The notes under the pieces are model-generated. The model saw nothing but the letters and a program-made list of their open reading frames with translations, was not told the origin of the DNA and did no database searches. DNA of 64,000 nt from assembly GCA_040905565.1 (NCBI GenBank), contig JBBDRF010000083.1, positions 8,277 through 72,276 on the forward strand. Direction: 5' to 3'. The translations under genes and the position numbers were made by a program. Of the stretch, positions 36,742-46,946 are shown one piece after another. Within the stretch, counting starts at the first letter, position 1, and every line of letters begins with the position of its first letter. The DNA is from Phycisphaeraceae bacterium. Lineage in GTDB: Bacteria > Planctomycetota > Phycisphaerae > Phycisphaerales > Zrk34.

Positions 36742-37187
36742 AGCTCCTCCAGTCGCTCAAGGACGTTGCCTTCGCCCGAAGCGGCCGGGTCGATCACGAG
36801 AAACTGGTTCAGCCGATACGTCACGTCGTCGGCCTCGTGAATGATCACCACTTCCACATTCCGCAGCCCGCCTGTCGCCTGACCCGAAGGCATCGGCGGG
36901 ATCGTGACTTGCCAGGTCCAGTCCTCGTACGGCGCTTCGAACGGCTCGGGCCCCTCCGCCGTCACCGGCCGAATCCCCGCGGACATCTCAGAGATCACAC
37001 TGACCGCCAGGTTCTCCGCTGTGAGTTCCCGACCCATGCGGAAGGCACTGTTGACCGAGGCGCTCATCCCGCCGACCACCACGCTTGCGGTAAGCACGAA
37101 CAGCCCGAGCGCAATGATCACGTCCAGCAGCACCACGCCTTGCGGTGCGTTTGCCGAACCCAACCTGTTCATGCGTCCTCGATGCAT
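36738..37187 (-). CDS. gspI: Minor pseudopilin GspI
   Basis: QG|VVLLDVIIALGLF, DWTWQVTI...GLRNVEVVI; lies between H and J. Confidence 0.8.
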   Translation of the reverse strand: MHRGRMNRLGSANAPQGVVLLDVIIALGLFVLTASVVVGGMSASVNSAFRMGRELTAENLAVSVISEMSAGIRPVTAEGPEPFEAPYEDWTWQVTIPPMPSGQATGGLRNVEVVIIHEADDVTYRLNQFLVIDPAASGEGNVLERLEEL

Positions 37188-37195
37188 CTGCTTCC

Positions 37196-37981
37196 TCAGC
37201 GTTCGATGCGATAGCTCGGGTCCGTTTCGCCGCCGAGGTCGAACTCACGTTCTGCCTCGCCACCGTCTTCCGCCTGTTGCGCCTGCTCCTCTTCGTCCAC
37301 CTGCTCGCTGCTGGTGATGCGGCCGGTCATTCCCACGATGCGTACGACCATGCGTCGTTCGTCGAACACATCGCGTGAGAGCAACACGATCTCCGCCGAC
37401 TCGCTCGAGCCATCGGGGTAGAACTCAACGGCCGGCGGCGTCTCGGGCATCTCCCGCTCCAGCTCATCAAGCTCATCGCCCCCCCGCCCCAGCGGCCGCA
37501 CCTCCCGCACTGCGACCACAACGTTCACCTGTGCCTGCGGATTGCGTAGCGCATGCACCTGCTGATACCCGCCCGCAAAATGTTCCGCCGTCGCGCCGCC
37601 GCCCGACTCCTCATCCTCGCCGTCCGACTGCACGCCGTACCGCGCCTCCCCCGTCCCAAGCTGTTCCTCCGCGTTACGCGGTTTTTCCAGAAACATGATG
37701 CGATAAACCGGATCCGTAAAACTGTCATCCTCATCAAGCGCGAACGCCAGCCGCACCGGCCTCTGCGTATGAGCCGCATGCGCCCGCGCCAGCACCAGGG
37801 CCGTCTTCAGCCGCTTAACGCCCTCGTCCAGCTCCGCCCCGCGCGATAGCGTGGCGAAGTTGAAGACGATCGCCCCCATCAAAAGCATCACCACCGCCAG
37901 CGCGATCAGCATCTCAACGAGGCTGAACGCGCCGGCGTGTGGCAACGCTTGACCGCTATCGGCAAGGCGAAAACGAACCAC
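37196..37981 (-). CDS. gspH: Minor pseudopilin GspH/FimT-like
   Basis: GA|FSLVEMLIAL, LARAHA, VEFYPDGSSE. Start taken at GTG 37981, immediately after the gspG stop. Confidence 0.82.
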   Translation of the reverse strand: MVRFRLADSGQALPHAGAFSLVEMLIALAVVMLLMGAIVFNFATLSRGAELDEGVKRLKTALVLARAHAAHTQRPVRLAFALDEDDSFTDPVYRIMFLEKPRNAEEQLGTGEARYGVQSDGEDEESGGGATAEHFAGGYQQVHALRNPQAQVNVVVAVREVRPLGRGGDELDELEREMPETPPAVEFYPDGSSESAEIVLLSRDVFDERRMVVRIVGMTGRITSSEQVDEEEQAQQAEDGGEAEREFDLGGETDPSYRIER

Positions 37982-37982
37982 G

Positions 37983-38462
37983 TTACAACGCTTCTTCTTC
38001 GTCGCTCTGATGTCCGCTCGGGAACACATCATCGTCGGTTTCCTGCTGACCATCCGGGCCCACCGAGAACAGGCGATAAGGTTCCGCGTTCTCCTCATCG
38101 CTCAAGGCTGCGTCCTGCGGTTCGTAGACCAGGTCGTAACCCCAAGCATCCGTGAATTCCGTACCACGGCTCACGTAAGGCCCGCGCCACCGATCGCCCA
38201 GCCGCTCGTTCTCGAACTCCGGCTGCTCGCCCAAAGCATCCAGCCCGCCCATGTCTTCCGTGGGGTACTGACCCACCTGAAGCCGAAACGTCTGCAACGC
38301 CGTCTCGATCTGGTCCAGCTTCAGCTGCGTCGTATCGCGCTCCGCACCTTCGCTCTGCGGCAGCACAAAAACCACCATCGCACCGGCGAGCATCAAGATG
38401 ATCACCAGCACCAACAGCACCTCGATCAATGTAAAACCGCTCTTTGCTACACGTCGCACCAT
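37983..38462 (-). CDS. gspG: Major pseudopilin GspG
   Basis: KSG|FTLIEVLLVL, ALQTFRLQVGQYPT, WRGPYV, DAWG, FSVGPDGQ..TDDD. Confidence 0.93.
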   Translation of the reverse strand: MVRRVAKSGFTLIEVLLVLVIILMLAGAMVVFVLPQSEGAERDTTQLKLDQIETALQTFRLQVGQYPTEDMGGLDALGEQPEFENERLGDRWRGPYVSRGTEFTDAWGYDLVYEPQDAALSDEENAEPYRLFSVGPDGQQETDDDVFPSGHQSDEEEAL

Positions 38463-38533
38463 CGTCTCAAATCCTTTCGTTGAAGCAATCGCACCGGGCA
38501 TCCGGCCCGGCCGAGGGGAATGTCTCAACCAGC

Positions 38534-39730
38534 TCAGTTTCCAAGCGAGCCGGCCATCGTGAATATCGGTAAGATCAAGCCCATCGCGATGAACCCGATC
38601 GCCCCCGCCACCAGGCACAAGACCAACGGCTCGATCAGACGCACCGCCTGGTCCACCTGCCGATTCGTCCGCCGCTCCACCGTGTCCGCGATCTGCAATA
38701 GCACCTTCTCAAGTTGATTCGATTCTTCCGCCACCGCAATCATCGCCAGCACCTGGTCCGGAAAGAACCCCCCCACGCTCAAAGGCCCCGACAGGCTCTC
38801 GCCCGCCCGAACGCTCTCCGCCGCCTGCGCAATCCGATCCGACATGATCTTTGAACCGATCGCATCCTTACTGATCGCCAGCGCCTGCAAAAGCGGCACC
38901 CCGTTCGCCAGCATCGTCCCCAAAATGCGGCAAAAACGCGTGATCGCCACCATCCGCAGCGCATTACCCACAATCGGAATCTTCAGCCGCCACCGCTCCA
39001 GCGCCCGCTGCCCCGCCTCGGTCCGCATCGTCAAATACAGCCCCACGCAAAGCGCCACCACCCCGGGAATCAGCACAAACCAGTACCCCCGCACCACCGT
39101 ACTCATGCCGAACACCACCACCGTCGGCAACGGCTTCACCGCATCCTCAAGCAACGGCTCAAATTGAGGCACGAAGAAAACCAACGCCCCCACCATCACA
39201 ATCGTGCCCACCAGCGCCAGAATCGCTGGGTAAATCAGCGCCCCGACCACCGTCCCCCGCAGCTCATCCACGCGCTCAATGAACGTCGCCAGCGACGCCA
39301 GCACATCCTCCAGAAAGCTCGCCCGCTCACCGGCACGCACCATCACCACATGCAGCGACGGGAACACCTGCGGGAACATCTGCATCGCTTCGAACAATGC
39401 CTTGCCTTCCGCCACCTCGGCCCGCACGTCCCGAATCACCTGCGCCAGCTTCTTGTTCACCGTCGACCGCGCGATCGAATCAAGCGACCGCAGCAACGGC
39501 ACCCCCGTATTCAAAAGATCCGCCAGCTGCGAATACATCAGCCCCAGGTCCGTCGCCCGCACCCGCACCTTCGCCGCGTCAGGTTGAGTTGATCGCTTCG
39601 CCGTGATCTGCACCGGGAACAGTTTCTTCTCATCGAGCAGGCGTAACACAGCCGCTTCGGTCTCCGCTTCCAGAGAGCCGACCACCTTCTGGCCGTTGCC
39701 GCTGCGTGCTGTGTATTCGAATTCCGCCAT
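38534..39730 (-). CDS. gspF: Inner-membrane platform protein GspF/PilC
   Basis: QLADLLNTGVPLL, ALIYP, LANGVPLLQAL, AEESNQLE, LIEP, LPIF. Confidence 0.95.
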   Translation of the reverse strand: MAEFEYTARSGNGQKVVGSLEAETEAAVLRLLDEKKLFPVQITAKRSTQPDAAKVRVRATDLGLMYSQLADLLNTGVPLLRSLDSIARSTVNKKLAQVIRDVRAEVAEGKALFEAMQMFPQVFPSLHVVMVRAGERASFLEDVLASLATFIERVDELRGTVVGALIYPAILALVGTIVMVGALVFFVPQFEPLLEDAVKPLPTVVVFGMSTVVRGYWFVLIPGVVALCVGLYLTMRTEAGQRALERWRLKIPIVGNALRMVAITRFCRILGTMLANGVPLLQALAISKDAIGSKIMSDRIAQAAESVRAGESLSGPLSVGGFFPDQVLAMIAVAEESNQLEKVLLQIADTVERRTNRQVDQAVRLIEPLVLCLVAGAIGFIAMGLILPIFTMAGSLGN

Positions 39731-39763
39731 GCGTTCCTGGTCCCCCCCGGTGCCTCTGCCTCA

Positions 39764-41431
39764 TCAACCCGCCGTCACACGAAGGACCTCCTCCACCGTC
39801 GTGTCGCCCTGGCGGACACGATGCCAACCATCTTCCCGCAGCAGCTTCAGCCCCGAAAGCCGCCCTGCCTCCACCAGCTCGTGAGCCGGCGAACGCGTCA
39901 TGATCTTCTCCGCAAGCTGATTGTTCATCGTCAGCAGTTCGTAAATGCCCATCCGCCCCTTGTACCCGACATCCCGGCACGCCCGACAGCCCGCCCCCTC
40001 ATAGAACGCCGCATCCGTCGGCGCGTCCGCAGGCAGATTCATCGTCGACGGATCAACCTCCACCTTGCATTCCGGACAGATCCGCCGCACCAGCCGCTGC
40101 GCCATCGCACCGATCAAAGTCGAGCTCACAAGGAACGGTTCCACGCCCATGTCTATCAACCGCGTTGCCGCCGAGGCCGAGTCGTTCGTATGCAGCGTCG
40201 AAAGCACAAGGTGCCCCGTCAACGCCGCCTGCGTCGCCGCCTGCGCCGTCTCAAGGTCACGAATCTCACCGATCATCACCACGTCCGGGTCATGCCTCAA
40301 AATCGCACGCAGGCCCATCCCGAAGCTCATCCCCACCTTGTGATCCACCGGAATCTGGTTCACCCCATCAAGGTGATACTCGACGGGATCTTCAACGGTG
40401 AGCACCTTTTTATCAGGCCCCACGATGGCGTTCAGGGCGGCGTAAAGCGTCGTCGTTTTACCCGAACCCGTCGGGCCCGTCACAAGGATGATGCCGTGCG
40501 GCCGCGTGATCAGTTCCTGGAAACGGCCGTAGGCTTCGCCCGCCATCCCCAGCTGCTCCAGCCCGATCAGCACGTTGTCCTTATCGAGAATACGCATCAC
40601 GATGCCTTCGCCGAAGAGCATCGGAATCACCGAAACACGCACATCAATCTGCCTTCCGTCCACGGCGAACTTGATGCGCCCATCCTGAGGCAGCCGCTTC
40701 TCCGCAATGTTCATATTCGCCAGGATTTTCAGTCGGCTGATGATCGCCGCCTGGAACCGGTGAATCTGCGGAGGCACTGCTGCGTCCTGCAGCACGCCGT
40801 CGATGCGGTAGCGGATCGAAAGGTTGTGCTCGTAAGGCTCGATGTGAATATCGCTGGCCCGCTCGTGGATGGCTTCGAGAATGATCTCGTTGACCAGCTT
40901 GATGACGCTCGCTTCCTGCGCCATCTCCAGCAGGTCCTGCGTGTCATCCGAGCCGGCCCGCAGGTCGACCTGATCGCCGTTGGTGCCGACCATCTCGTCG
41001 ACCGTGTCGCCGCCGACGCCGTAGTGAGCCTTGATGAGCTTGTCGATCTCGTCGCTCGGCGCAAGTACGGGGCGAATCGTCAGCCCCGTCATCAGCCTCA
41101 TCTCATCGAACACGTACGGATCGAACGCGTCGCTCGTCGCCACATCAAGCGTGCCGTTGTGCCTGGCGATCGGCATCAGCCGTTTGCGGTAGACGAACTT
41201 GGAAGGCAGCGCCTTGATGGCTGCATCCTCCACGCGGTACCCCGCCAGATCGATCACCGGGAAATCGAACTGCTCGCCGACCACCTCCAGCAGCTGCCGC
41301 TCGGAAACGTAGCCCAGGCTCAGCAGCGCCTGGTCCATCCGCAGCCCGTCGGCCTTATGCACCCTGACCGCTTCGGAGAGCTGCTCCGGCGTGATCAGAG
41401 ACTTTTCAAGCAGGACTTCAGTCAAGTTCAT
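39764..41431 (-). CDS. gspE: Secretion ATPase GspE/PilB
   Basis: ASDIHIEP, EKRLPQDGRI, GPTGSGKTTTLY, TVEDPVEY, LRHDPDVVMIGEIRD, STLHTND, CPEC...CRAC zinc motif. Confidence 0.96.
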   Translation of the reverse strand: MNLTEVLLEKSLITPEQLSEAVRVHKADGLRMDQALLSLGYVSERQLLEVVGEQFDFPVIDLAGYRVEDAAIKALPSKFVYRKRLMPIARHNGTLDVATSDAFDPYVFDEMRLMTGLTIRPVLAPSDEIDKLIKAHYGVGGDTVDEMVGTNGDQVDLRAGSDDTQDLLEMAQEASVIKLVNEIILEAIHERASDIHIEPYEHNLSIRYRIDGVLQDAAVPPQIHRFQAAIISRLKILANMNIAEKRLPQDGRIKFAVDGRQIDVRVSVIPMLFGEGIVMRILDKDNVLIGLEQLGMAGEAYGRFQELITRPHGIILVTGPTGSGKTTTLYAALNAIVGPDKKVLTVEDPVEYHLDGVNQIPVDHKVGMSFGMGLRAILRHDPDVVMIGEIRDLETAQAATQAALTGHLVLSTLHTNDSASAATRLIDMGVEPFLVSSTLIGAMAQRLVRRICPECKVEVDPSTMNLPADAPTDAAFYEGAGCRACRDVGYKGRMGIYELLTMNNQLAEKIMTRSPAHELVEAGRLSGLKLLREDGWHRVRQGDTTVEEVLRVTAG

Positions 41432-41577
41432 TACGTTAACCAGATCGCCGCTTGGTCAATGTCCGTTGCGACTTCGTTAATTTTGGTGGGGACCGTAGAG
41501 GGTCTAGCGGTGCAGGGGCGGGTTTGATTGCACCGAATTTTGGGGAGCATTAGATGTTCGTGCAGGAACGTTACATC

Positions 41578-41606
41578 ATTATCCTCTGTACGCCGGAGCA
41601 AGTCAA
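41578..41606 (-). promoter_or_regulatory. Candidate sigma70-type promoter of the gsp operon
   Basis: Minus strand TTGACT-N17-GATAAT, about 150 bp upstream of gspE in the divergent intergenic region. Confidence 0.6.
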
Positions 41607-41780
41607 CGATTGCATGCCATGTCCAAGGAAAGTCCCGTGCCATCATTTTGTGTTGGATTCTGCCGATCCCTACCATAAGATACTGTGGTGACGGGCAACA
41701 GCCGCCTGCAACGGGCGCGCGCCGCCACGATCTTTCACCAAGCGTCGGGGACATGCCAACCCTGCTTAAAGAACCCCGCC

Positions 41781-44285
41781 ATGACACCATGCCACGTAAA
41801 TAACTCTTGGCTCCTCGGGACCGCGATCTTCGTCTGCCTCGCAAGCGGAGGCGTCGCACAGGCCCAGTCTCACGCCGAGAAGGTCGCCCACTTCGAGCAG
41901 CACATTCGACCGGTCCTCATGACCAGCTGCCTCGAGTGCCACAGCCGCCAACGCTCGGAGAACCACTTCCGGGTCGACACGCGGCAGAACCTCATCGCAG
42001 GCGGTCGTAACGGTCGCGCCATCAACCCCGGCAACCCGGGCGACAGTCGGCTGATCCAGGCGCTGCGCTACGAGCATGAAGATCTGCAGATGCCGCCTGA
42101 TGGGAAGTTGGAGGATCGCGTCGTCGCTGCCTTCGAAAAGTGGGTCGCCGACGGGGCCGTCTGGCCCGAAGAACTGGACCTGCCACAGGACAACGTGGCG
42201 ATGGAAGAAGGCCGAAAGCACTGGGCCTATCAGCCGATCACCGACCCGCAGGTGCCCGAGGTCGAAGGCGCTTCGACGCCCGTTGATGCCTTTATCCTCG
42301 CCCGTTTGAACGATGCGGACATGCAGCCGGTGCCGCCCGCGGATCGTCGCACCCTCATCCGCCGCGCCACGTACGACCTCATCGGCCTACCTCCCACGCC
42401 CGAACAAGTGGACGCGTTTCTTAACGACGATCGGCCCGACGCCTACGAGCGACTCATCGAACGCCTCCTCGACTCCCCGCGCTACGGCGAGAGATGGGGT
42501 CGACACTGGATGGATGTCGCCCGCTATGCCGACACGTCAGGCGACGGGGTCGACCGGCCCGTCCCCGAAGCGCAGCTGTACCGCGACTACATCATCGACG
42601 CCTTCAACACCGACATGCCCTTCGATGAATTCATCAAGGAACAGATCGCCGGCGACATCCTCGCCAAGCAAACAGGCGAACGCTACGAAGAGCGCATCAT
42701 CGCCACGTCCTACATCGCGCTGTCGCGCCGGTTCGGCAACGGCACGTTCTCCAGTATGAATCTGGTGATCGAAAATTCTATTGACACGATCGGCCGCGGG
42801 TTGCTCGGACAGACCCTCAGCTGCGCCCGGTGTCACGATCACAAGTTCGACCCCATCCCCGAGGATGATTATTACGCGCTTTACGGAATCTTCTCAAGCA
42901 CGCAGTACCCTCACCCCGGGTCGGAGCATGGTCGGGAGCGCTCGCATCTGGTCCCCTACGAGCAGGAAAAGCTCCAGCAGGCAGCCGATTGGGAAACCGA
43001 GCGTAATCGCCTGAAACAGGAAGTTAAGGAGCGCTTTAAGACGCATAACCTCGTGAAACAGGCAGGCGCTTTACAAGCTGAAATAAACGAGATCAAAGAG
43101 CAGCTAAAGGCGGACAACGCGGAAAAAGACGCACTTGAAGCACGCCTTGCCGACCTGCGAAGCCAGCGTGACGCAAAGCGGGACGAGCACGCGAAGCTGC
43201 TTGCCGAGGCGAAGAAAGAGATCGACAACCGCCCGCCGCCCGAGTCCCGCAAAGCGTATGCCGTGACGGATAAGCCCAAGGGCGAGATCGGCGATGCGCA
43301 CGTGCACGTCGCCGGCAACCAACATCGCAAAGGCGCACGGGCGCCGCGAGGCTTCCTCAGTGTGATCACGCCGGAGCAGCCGGAGATTCCCGGCGACCAG
43401 AGCGGGCGGCTGCAATTGGCCGAATGGCTGGTGAGTGAGGAGAATCCGCTGACGCCGCGTGTGATGGCTAACCGCATCTGGCATTGGCACTTCGGGAAGG
43501 GCATCGTCGCGACGACGAACAACTTCGGGTTGCAGGGCGAGAAGCCGACGCACCCGGAACTGCTGGATTATCTGGCCAGCCGATTCGTCGAAAGCGGCTG
43601 GTCGTTCAAGGCCATGCACCGCGAGATCATGCTCAGTGACGCCTATCGGCGGGCGAGCGTGACGAACTCGGCGAATGTCGCGGAAGACCCAAGCAATGAC
43701 ATGCTATGGCGTTACGAACGACGCCGACTTGAGGCCGAGGCGATTCGCGACGGGGTGCTGCTGGTGTCGGGAAGGCTTGACCTTTCCGAACCGAAGGAGC
43801 ATCCGTTCGGGTCGATCAAGGACCACGAGCGGTTCACGCAGCACAACCCGTTCCTCGCGAACTTCGACAAATATGAGCACGACCACCGCTCGGTCTACCT
43901 GATGACCCAACGGCTGCAGAAGCATCCGATCCTGGGGCTTTTCGATGGCCCTAACCGCAATCAGCCAACGGGGGTACGTCGTGTTTCGACCGTGCCGCTG
44001 CAGTCGCTGTTCATGATGAACAGTGCGTTTATCAGGCGAAATGCGGAGAGTTTCGCCGAGACGCTGCTTGCGATGGAGGCGTCGGATCGCGAGCGGATCA
44101 ACGTGGCGTTCGAGCGGGCGATGGCGCGGCCGGCGACGGACGGTGAACTGGCCGAGGGGCTGGCGTTCGTCGACGAGGTGCAGGCGGAACTGGGGGAGAT
44201 GGATGAGCAGGCGCGGACGCGGCAGGCGTGGAGCAGCTTTGCGCGGGTGCTGTTGAGCAGCAGCGAATTCGTCTATGTCGACTGA
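41781..44285 (+). CDS. Planctomycete cytochrome c / DUF1549 / DUF1553 (PSD1) protein
   Basis: Signal peptide, CLECH and CARCH heme motifs, HWAYQP, LIRRATYDLIGLPPT, YGERWGRHWMDVARYAD, NRIWHWHFGKG, PTHPELLDYLA. Confidence 0.92.
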   Translation: MTPCHVNNSWLLGTAIFVCLASGGVAQAQSHAEKVAHFEQHIRPVLMTSCLECHSRQRSENHFRVDTRQNLIAGGRNGRAINPGNPGDSRLIQALRYEHEDLQMPPDGKLEDRVVAAFEKWVADGAVWPEELDLPQDNVAMEEGRKHWAYQPITDPQVPEVEGASTPVDAFILARLNDADMQPVPPADRRTLIRRATYDLIGLPPTPEQVDAFLNDDRPDAYERLIERLLDSPRYGERWGRHWMDVARYADTSGDGVDRPVPEAQLYRDYIIDAFNTDMPFDEFIKEQIAGDILAKQTGERYEERIIATSYIALSRRFGNGTFSSMNLVIENSIDTIGRGLLGQTLSCARCHDHKFDPIPEDDYYALYGIFSSTQYPHPGSEHGRERSHLVPYEQEKLQQAADWETERNRLKQEVKERFKTHNLVKQAGALQAEINEIKEQLKADNAEKDALEARLADLRSQRDAKRDEHAKLLAEAKKEIDNRPPPESRKAYAVTDKPKGEIGDAHVHVAGNQHRKGARAPRGFLSVITPEQPEIPGDQSGRLQLAEWLVSEENPLTPRVMANRIWHWHFGKGIVATTNNFGLQGEKPTHPELLDYLASRFVESGWSFKAMHREIMLSDAYRRASVTNSANVAEDPSNDMLWRYERRRLEAEAIRDGVLLVSGRLDLSEPKEHPFGSIKDHERFTQHNPFLANFDKYEHDHRSVYLMTQRLQKHPILGLFDGPNRNQPTGVRRVSTVPLQSLFMMNSAFIRRNAESFAETLLAMEASDRERINVAFERAMARPATDGELAEGLAFVDEVQAELGEMDEQARTRQAWSSFARVLLSSSEFVYVD

Positions 44286-44328
44286 AATTGCACGATCTGA
44301 GATATGGTTACACGGAAAGGCGTTGCTG

Positions 44329-45720
44329 ATGTCCAGTGCTGACCGGAACATGTTGAGTCGCAGGCGTTTGCTGTTGCAGTCGGCAATGGGGATGGGGGCC
44401 GTCTCGCTGGGCGCGAAGTATCCGCTGGTGCAGCGTGCGTGGGCTGGGGAGCCGACGATGGCGCATCCGCTGGCGCCGAAGTCGCCGCACTTCATGCCGC
44501 GCGCCAAGCGGGTGATCATGCTGTTCATGACCGGCGGCGTAAGCCACGTCGACAGCTTTGACCCCAAGCCCGAGCTTAATAAGCGTGCCGGTGAGGATTC
44601 CCGGAAGAACGGTCGCAAGTGGAAGGCGAGTCTTTGGGATCATAAACCGCGGGGCCGAAGCGGGATCGAAACCACGGACCTGTTCCCGCACATCAGTGAT
44701 CAGATCGACGACATCACGCTGATCCGCTCGATGTACGGGGACTTCGGCGATCACTTCGAAGCGACGCTTCACATGCACAACGGGTACGGCACCGCGATGC
44801 CCAGTATGGGCGCGTGGGTGAGCTATGGGCTGGGGACGGCGAATCCGAATTTGCCTTCCCACGTGGTGTTTGCCGCGCGTAAGCCGTATGCCGGGGCGCA
44901 GGTTTGGGACTCGGTTTTTCTGCCCGCGTACCACCAGGGGATGCAGGTCAGCCCGGGCGGAGAGCCGATCCCGTACGTTCGGCCCCATGAGTCGAACGCC
45001 AAGATTCAATCGCATGAGCTGGCATTACTGGAGAAGCTGAACGGGCGGCACATGTCCGGCCGAAGCGATTCGAACCAACTGCCGGCGCGGCAGCTGGCTT
45101 ACCAGACTGCGGAGAGTTTGCAGAATGTCGCACCCGAGGTGTTCACGCTGAGCGACGAGACGGACGCCACGCTTGATCTTTACAACGTGCAGGGCCGGGA
45201 CGACAACGCGAGCTTCGGGTGGCAGTGTTTGATGGCGCGCAGGCTTGCCGAACGGGACGTGCGTTTCATCGAGTTGATCGACACGGGGGCGAACAACAAC
45301 TGGGATCAGCATGCGAACATGCCTCGGCACGGCGATCTGGCGAAGGTGGTCGACAAGCCGATCGCGGGGCTGCTTCAGGATCTTAAACAGCGTGGGATGC
45401 TTGATGACACGCTGGTGGTGTGGTGCACGGAGTTCGGCCGGACGCCGTTCGAGGATTCAAACGCGACGGGCCGGGGGCATTGGCGTAACGGATTCACGAC
45501 GTGGCTTGCGGGCGGCGGCGTGAAGCGCGGGCATGTGCATGGCAAGACCGACGAGATGGGCTGGGAGCCTGCGGAGAACGGCGTGCATACGCATGATTTC
45601 CACGCGACGATTCTGGCGCTGCTGGGCCTGGACCATACGCAACTGCACTATCCGCACGGCGGGCGCAACTTCCGGCTGACCGATGTGCATGGTCACGTGG
45701 TGGACGATATTTTCGCTTGA
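44329..45720 (+). CDS. DUF1501 family protein with Tat signal
   Basis: SRRRLL, AKRVIMLFMTGGVSHVDSFDPKP, TEFGRTP, RLTDVHG; the usual partner of PSD1 genes. Confidence 0.92.
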   Translation: MSSADRNMLSRRRLLLQSAMGMGAVSLGAKYPLVQRAWAGEPTMAHPLAPKSPHFMPRAKRVIMLFMTGGVSHVDSFDPKPELNKRAGEDSRKNGRKWKASLWDHKPRGRSGIETTDLFPHISDQIDDITLIRSMYGDFGDHFEATLHMHNGYGTAMPSMGAWVSYGLGTANPNLPSHVVFAARKPYAGAQVWDSVFLPAYHQGMQVSPGGEPIPYVRPHESNAKIQSHELALLEKLNGRHMSGRSDSNQLPARQLAYQTAESLQNVAPEVFTLSDETDATLDLYNVQGRDDNASFGWQCLMARRLAERDVRFIELIDTGANNNWDQHANMPRHGDLAKVVDKPIAGLLQDLKQRGMLDDTLVVWCTEFGRTPFEDSNATGRGHWRNGFTTWLAGGGVKRGHVHGKTDEMGWEPAENGVHTHDFHATILALLGLDHTQLHYPHGGRNFRLTDVHGHVVDDIFA

Positions 45721-45751
45721 TGTGTGGGTTCGTGAGAACGATTTGGCGCCG

Positions 45752-45785
45752 TTCCGCCCGGCCGTCTTCGCTGGCGGGGGCACCC
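45752..45785. repeat. Intergenic copy of the REP-like element found in the gspK leader
   Basis: TTCCGCCCGGCCGTCTTCGCTGGCGGGGGCACCC; 32/34 to the reverse complement of 35674-35707. Confidence 0.7.
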
Positions 45786-45877
45786 CGCGTGAGGGTGGTT
45801 CGGCGGGGGACCGGCTTGGCGACAAGTCGGCTTTTTTTGCTTGTGTGGAAGCTTTTGTCACTTCAACGGAGATCGAG

Positions 45878-46855
45878 ATGGTCAAACAGCAACGGCAGCG
45901 CGGCGTGGTGTTCGGAGTGTTTGGTGCGGTGGCGCTGGCGATGCTGACGTCGCTTGCGACGGCGGACGAGCCGATCTACAGCGATGTGAAGGAAGCCGAG
46001 AAGCATCCTGATTTCCTGCTGCAAGGTGAGTACGCAGGGGCGGATTGGGCGATGCAGGTGGTCGCGCTGGGTGAAGGGAAATTCCGGGGGTATCTGCTGC
46101 GGGGCGGGCTGCCGGGTGCGGGGTGGGACGGCGAAGAGCGGGTCGAGTTGATGGGCGAGCGGAACGGCAGCACGGTCACGCTGAGGGGCGAAGGGGACAC
46201 GCGCGGGAAGATCGTCAAGGATCGGCTTTCGATTCAGGGATTGACCCGGGGAACCATCAAGCTTGAACGGGTAGAGCGTGCGAGCGAGACGGTTGGACAG
46301 GAGCCTGCTGAGGGTGCGGTCGTCCTTTTCGATGGCAGCTCGGCGGAGCACTGGGAAGGTCGGATGGACGAGGCGGGCCGGCTGATGAACGGGGCGACAA
46401 GCAAGCAGCGTTTCGGCGATCACTTTATTCATCTGGAGTACCTGGTGCCGTTTCGGCCGCAGGCGCGGGGGCAGAATCGCGGGAACAGCGGGCTGTACAT
46501 GCAGGGTCGATATGAACTGCAGATGCTTGATTCGTTTGGTGACATTGGGGCACATAACTTGAATGGTGGGATTTATTCGGTGGCGGCTCCGAAGGTGAAC
46601 ATGAGTTTGCCGCCGTTGACGTGGCAGACTTATGACATTGAGTTTCGGGCGGCGCGATTCAATGAAGCTGGGGAGAAGGTCGAGCATGCACGAGTGACGG
46701 TGCGGCATAACGGGGTGCTGACGCATGAGGATGTTGAGGTGCCGCATGCGACGACGGCGAGCCCGATGGGCGAGGGTGCGGAGCCGGGGCCGGTGAACCT
46801 GCAGGATCATGGGAGCCCGGTGCGGTATCGGAACATCTGGGTCATTGAGCGGTAG
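45878..46855 (+). CDS. DUF1080 (3-keto-disaccharide hydrolase family) secreted protein
   Basis: AVVLFDG, RGNSGLYMQGRYELQMLDS, WQTYDIEF, LQDHGSPVRYRNIWV. Confidence 0.9.
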   Translation: MVKQQRQRGVVFGVFGAVALAMLTSLATADEPIYSDVKEAEKHPDFLLQGEYAGADWAMQVVALGEGKFRGYLLRGGLPGAGWDGEERVELMGERNGSTVTLRGEGDTRGKIVKDRLSIQGLTRGTIKLERVERASETVGQEPAEGAVVLFDGSSAEHWEGRMDEAGRLMNGATSKQRFGDHFIHLEYLVPFRPQARGQNRGNSGLYMQGRYELQMLDSFGDIGAHNLNGGIYSVAAPKVNMSLPPLTWQTYDIEFRAARFNEAGEKVEHARVTVRHNGVLTHEDVEVPHATTASPMGEGAEPGPVNLQDHGSPVRYRNIWVIER

Positions 46856-46885
46856 GGTTGGTTGTTTGGTGAGTTTGATTAGCGC

Positions 46886-46925
46886 AAAGAAGAGCCCACG
46901 GCGTGACGCCGTGGGCTTCTTTTTT
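46886..46925. terminator. Bidirectional intrinsic terminator between DUF1080 and fliC
   Basis: A-rich flank, AGCCCACGGCG-TGA-CGCCGTGGGCT, then TCTTTTTT. Confidence 0.8.
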
Positions 46926-46946
46926 GGATGATGTTTTCCAGTGTTT

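Noticed and set aside
31298..41431. Type IVa pilus rather than T2SS
   Set aside because: The GspG-type major pseudopilin, a GspK, the N0 plus N-repeat secretin and the absence of pilT here favour a T2SS-like system. Actual function remains untested.
41431..41780. Classical oriC in the AT-richer divergent intergenic region
   Set aside because: No perfect DnaA box cluster seen. The composition is explained by divergent promoters, and the skew switch appears about 1-1.5 kb further right.
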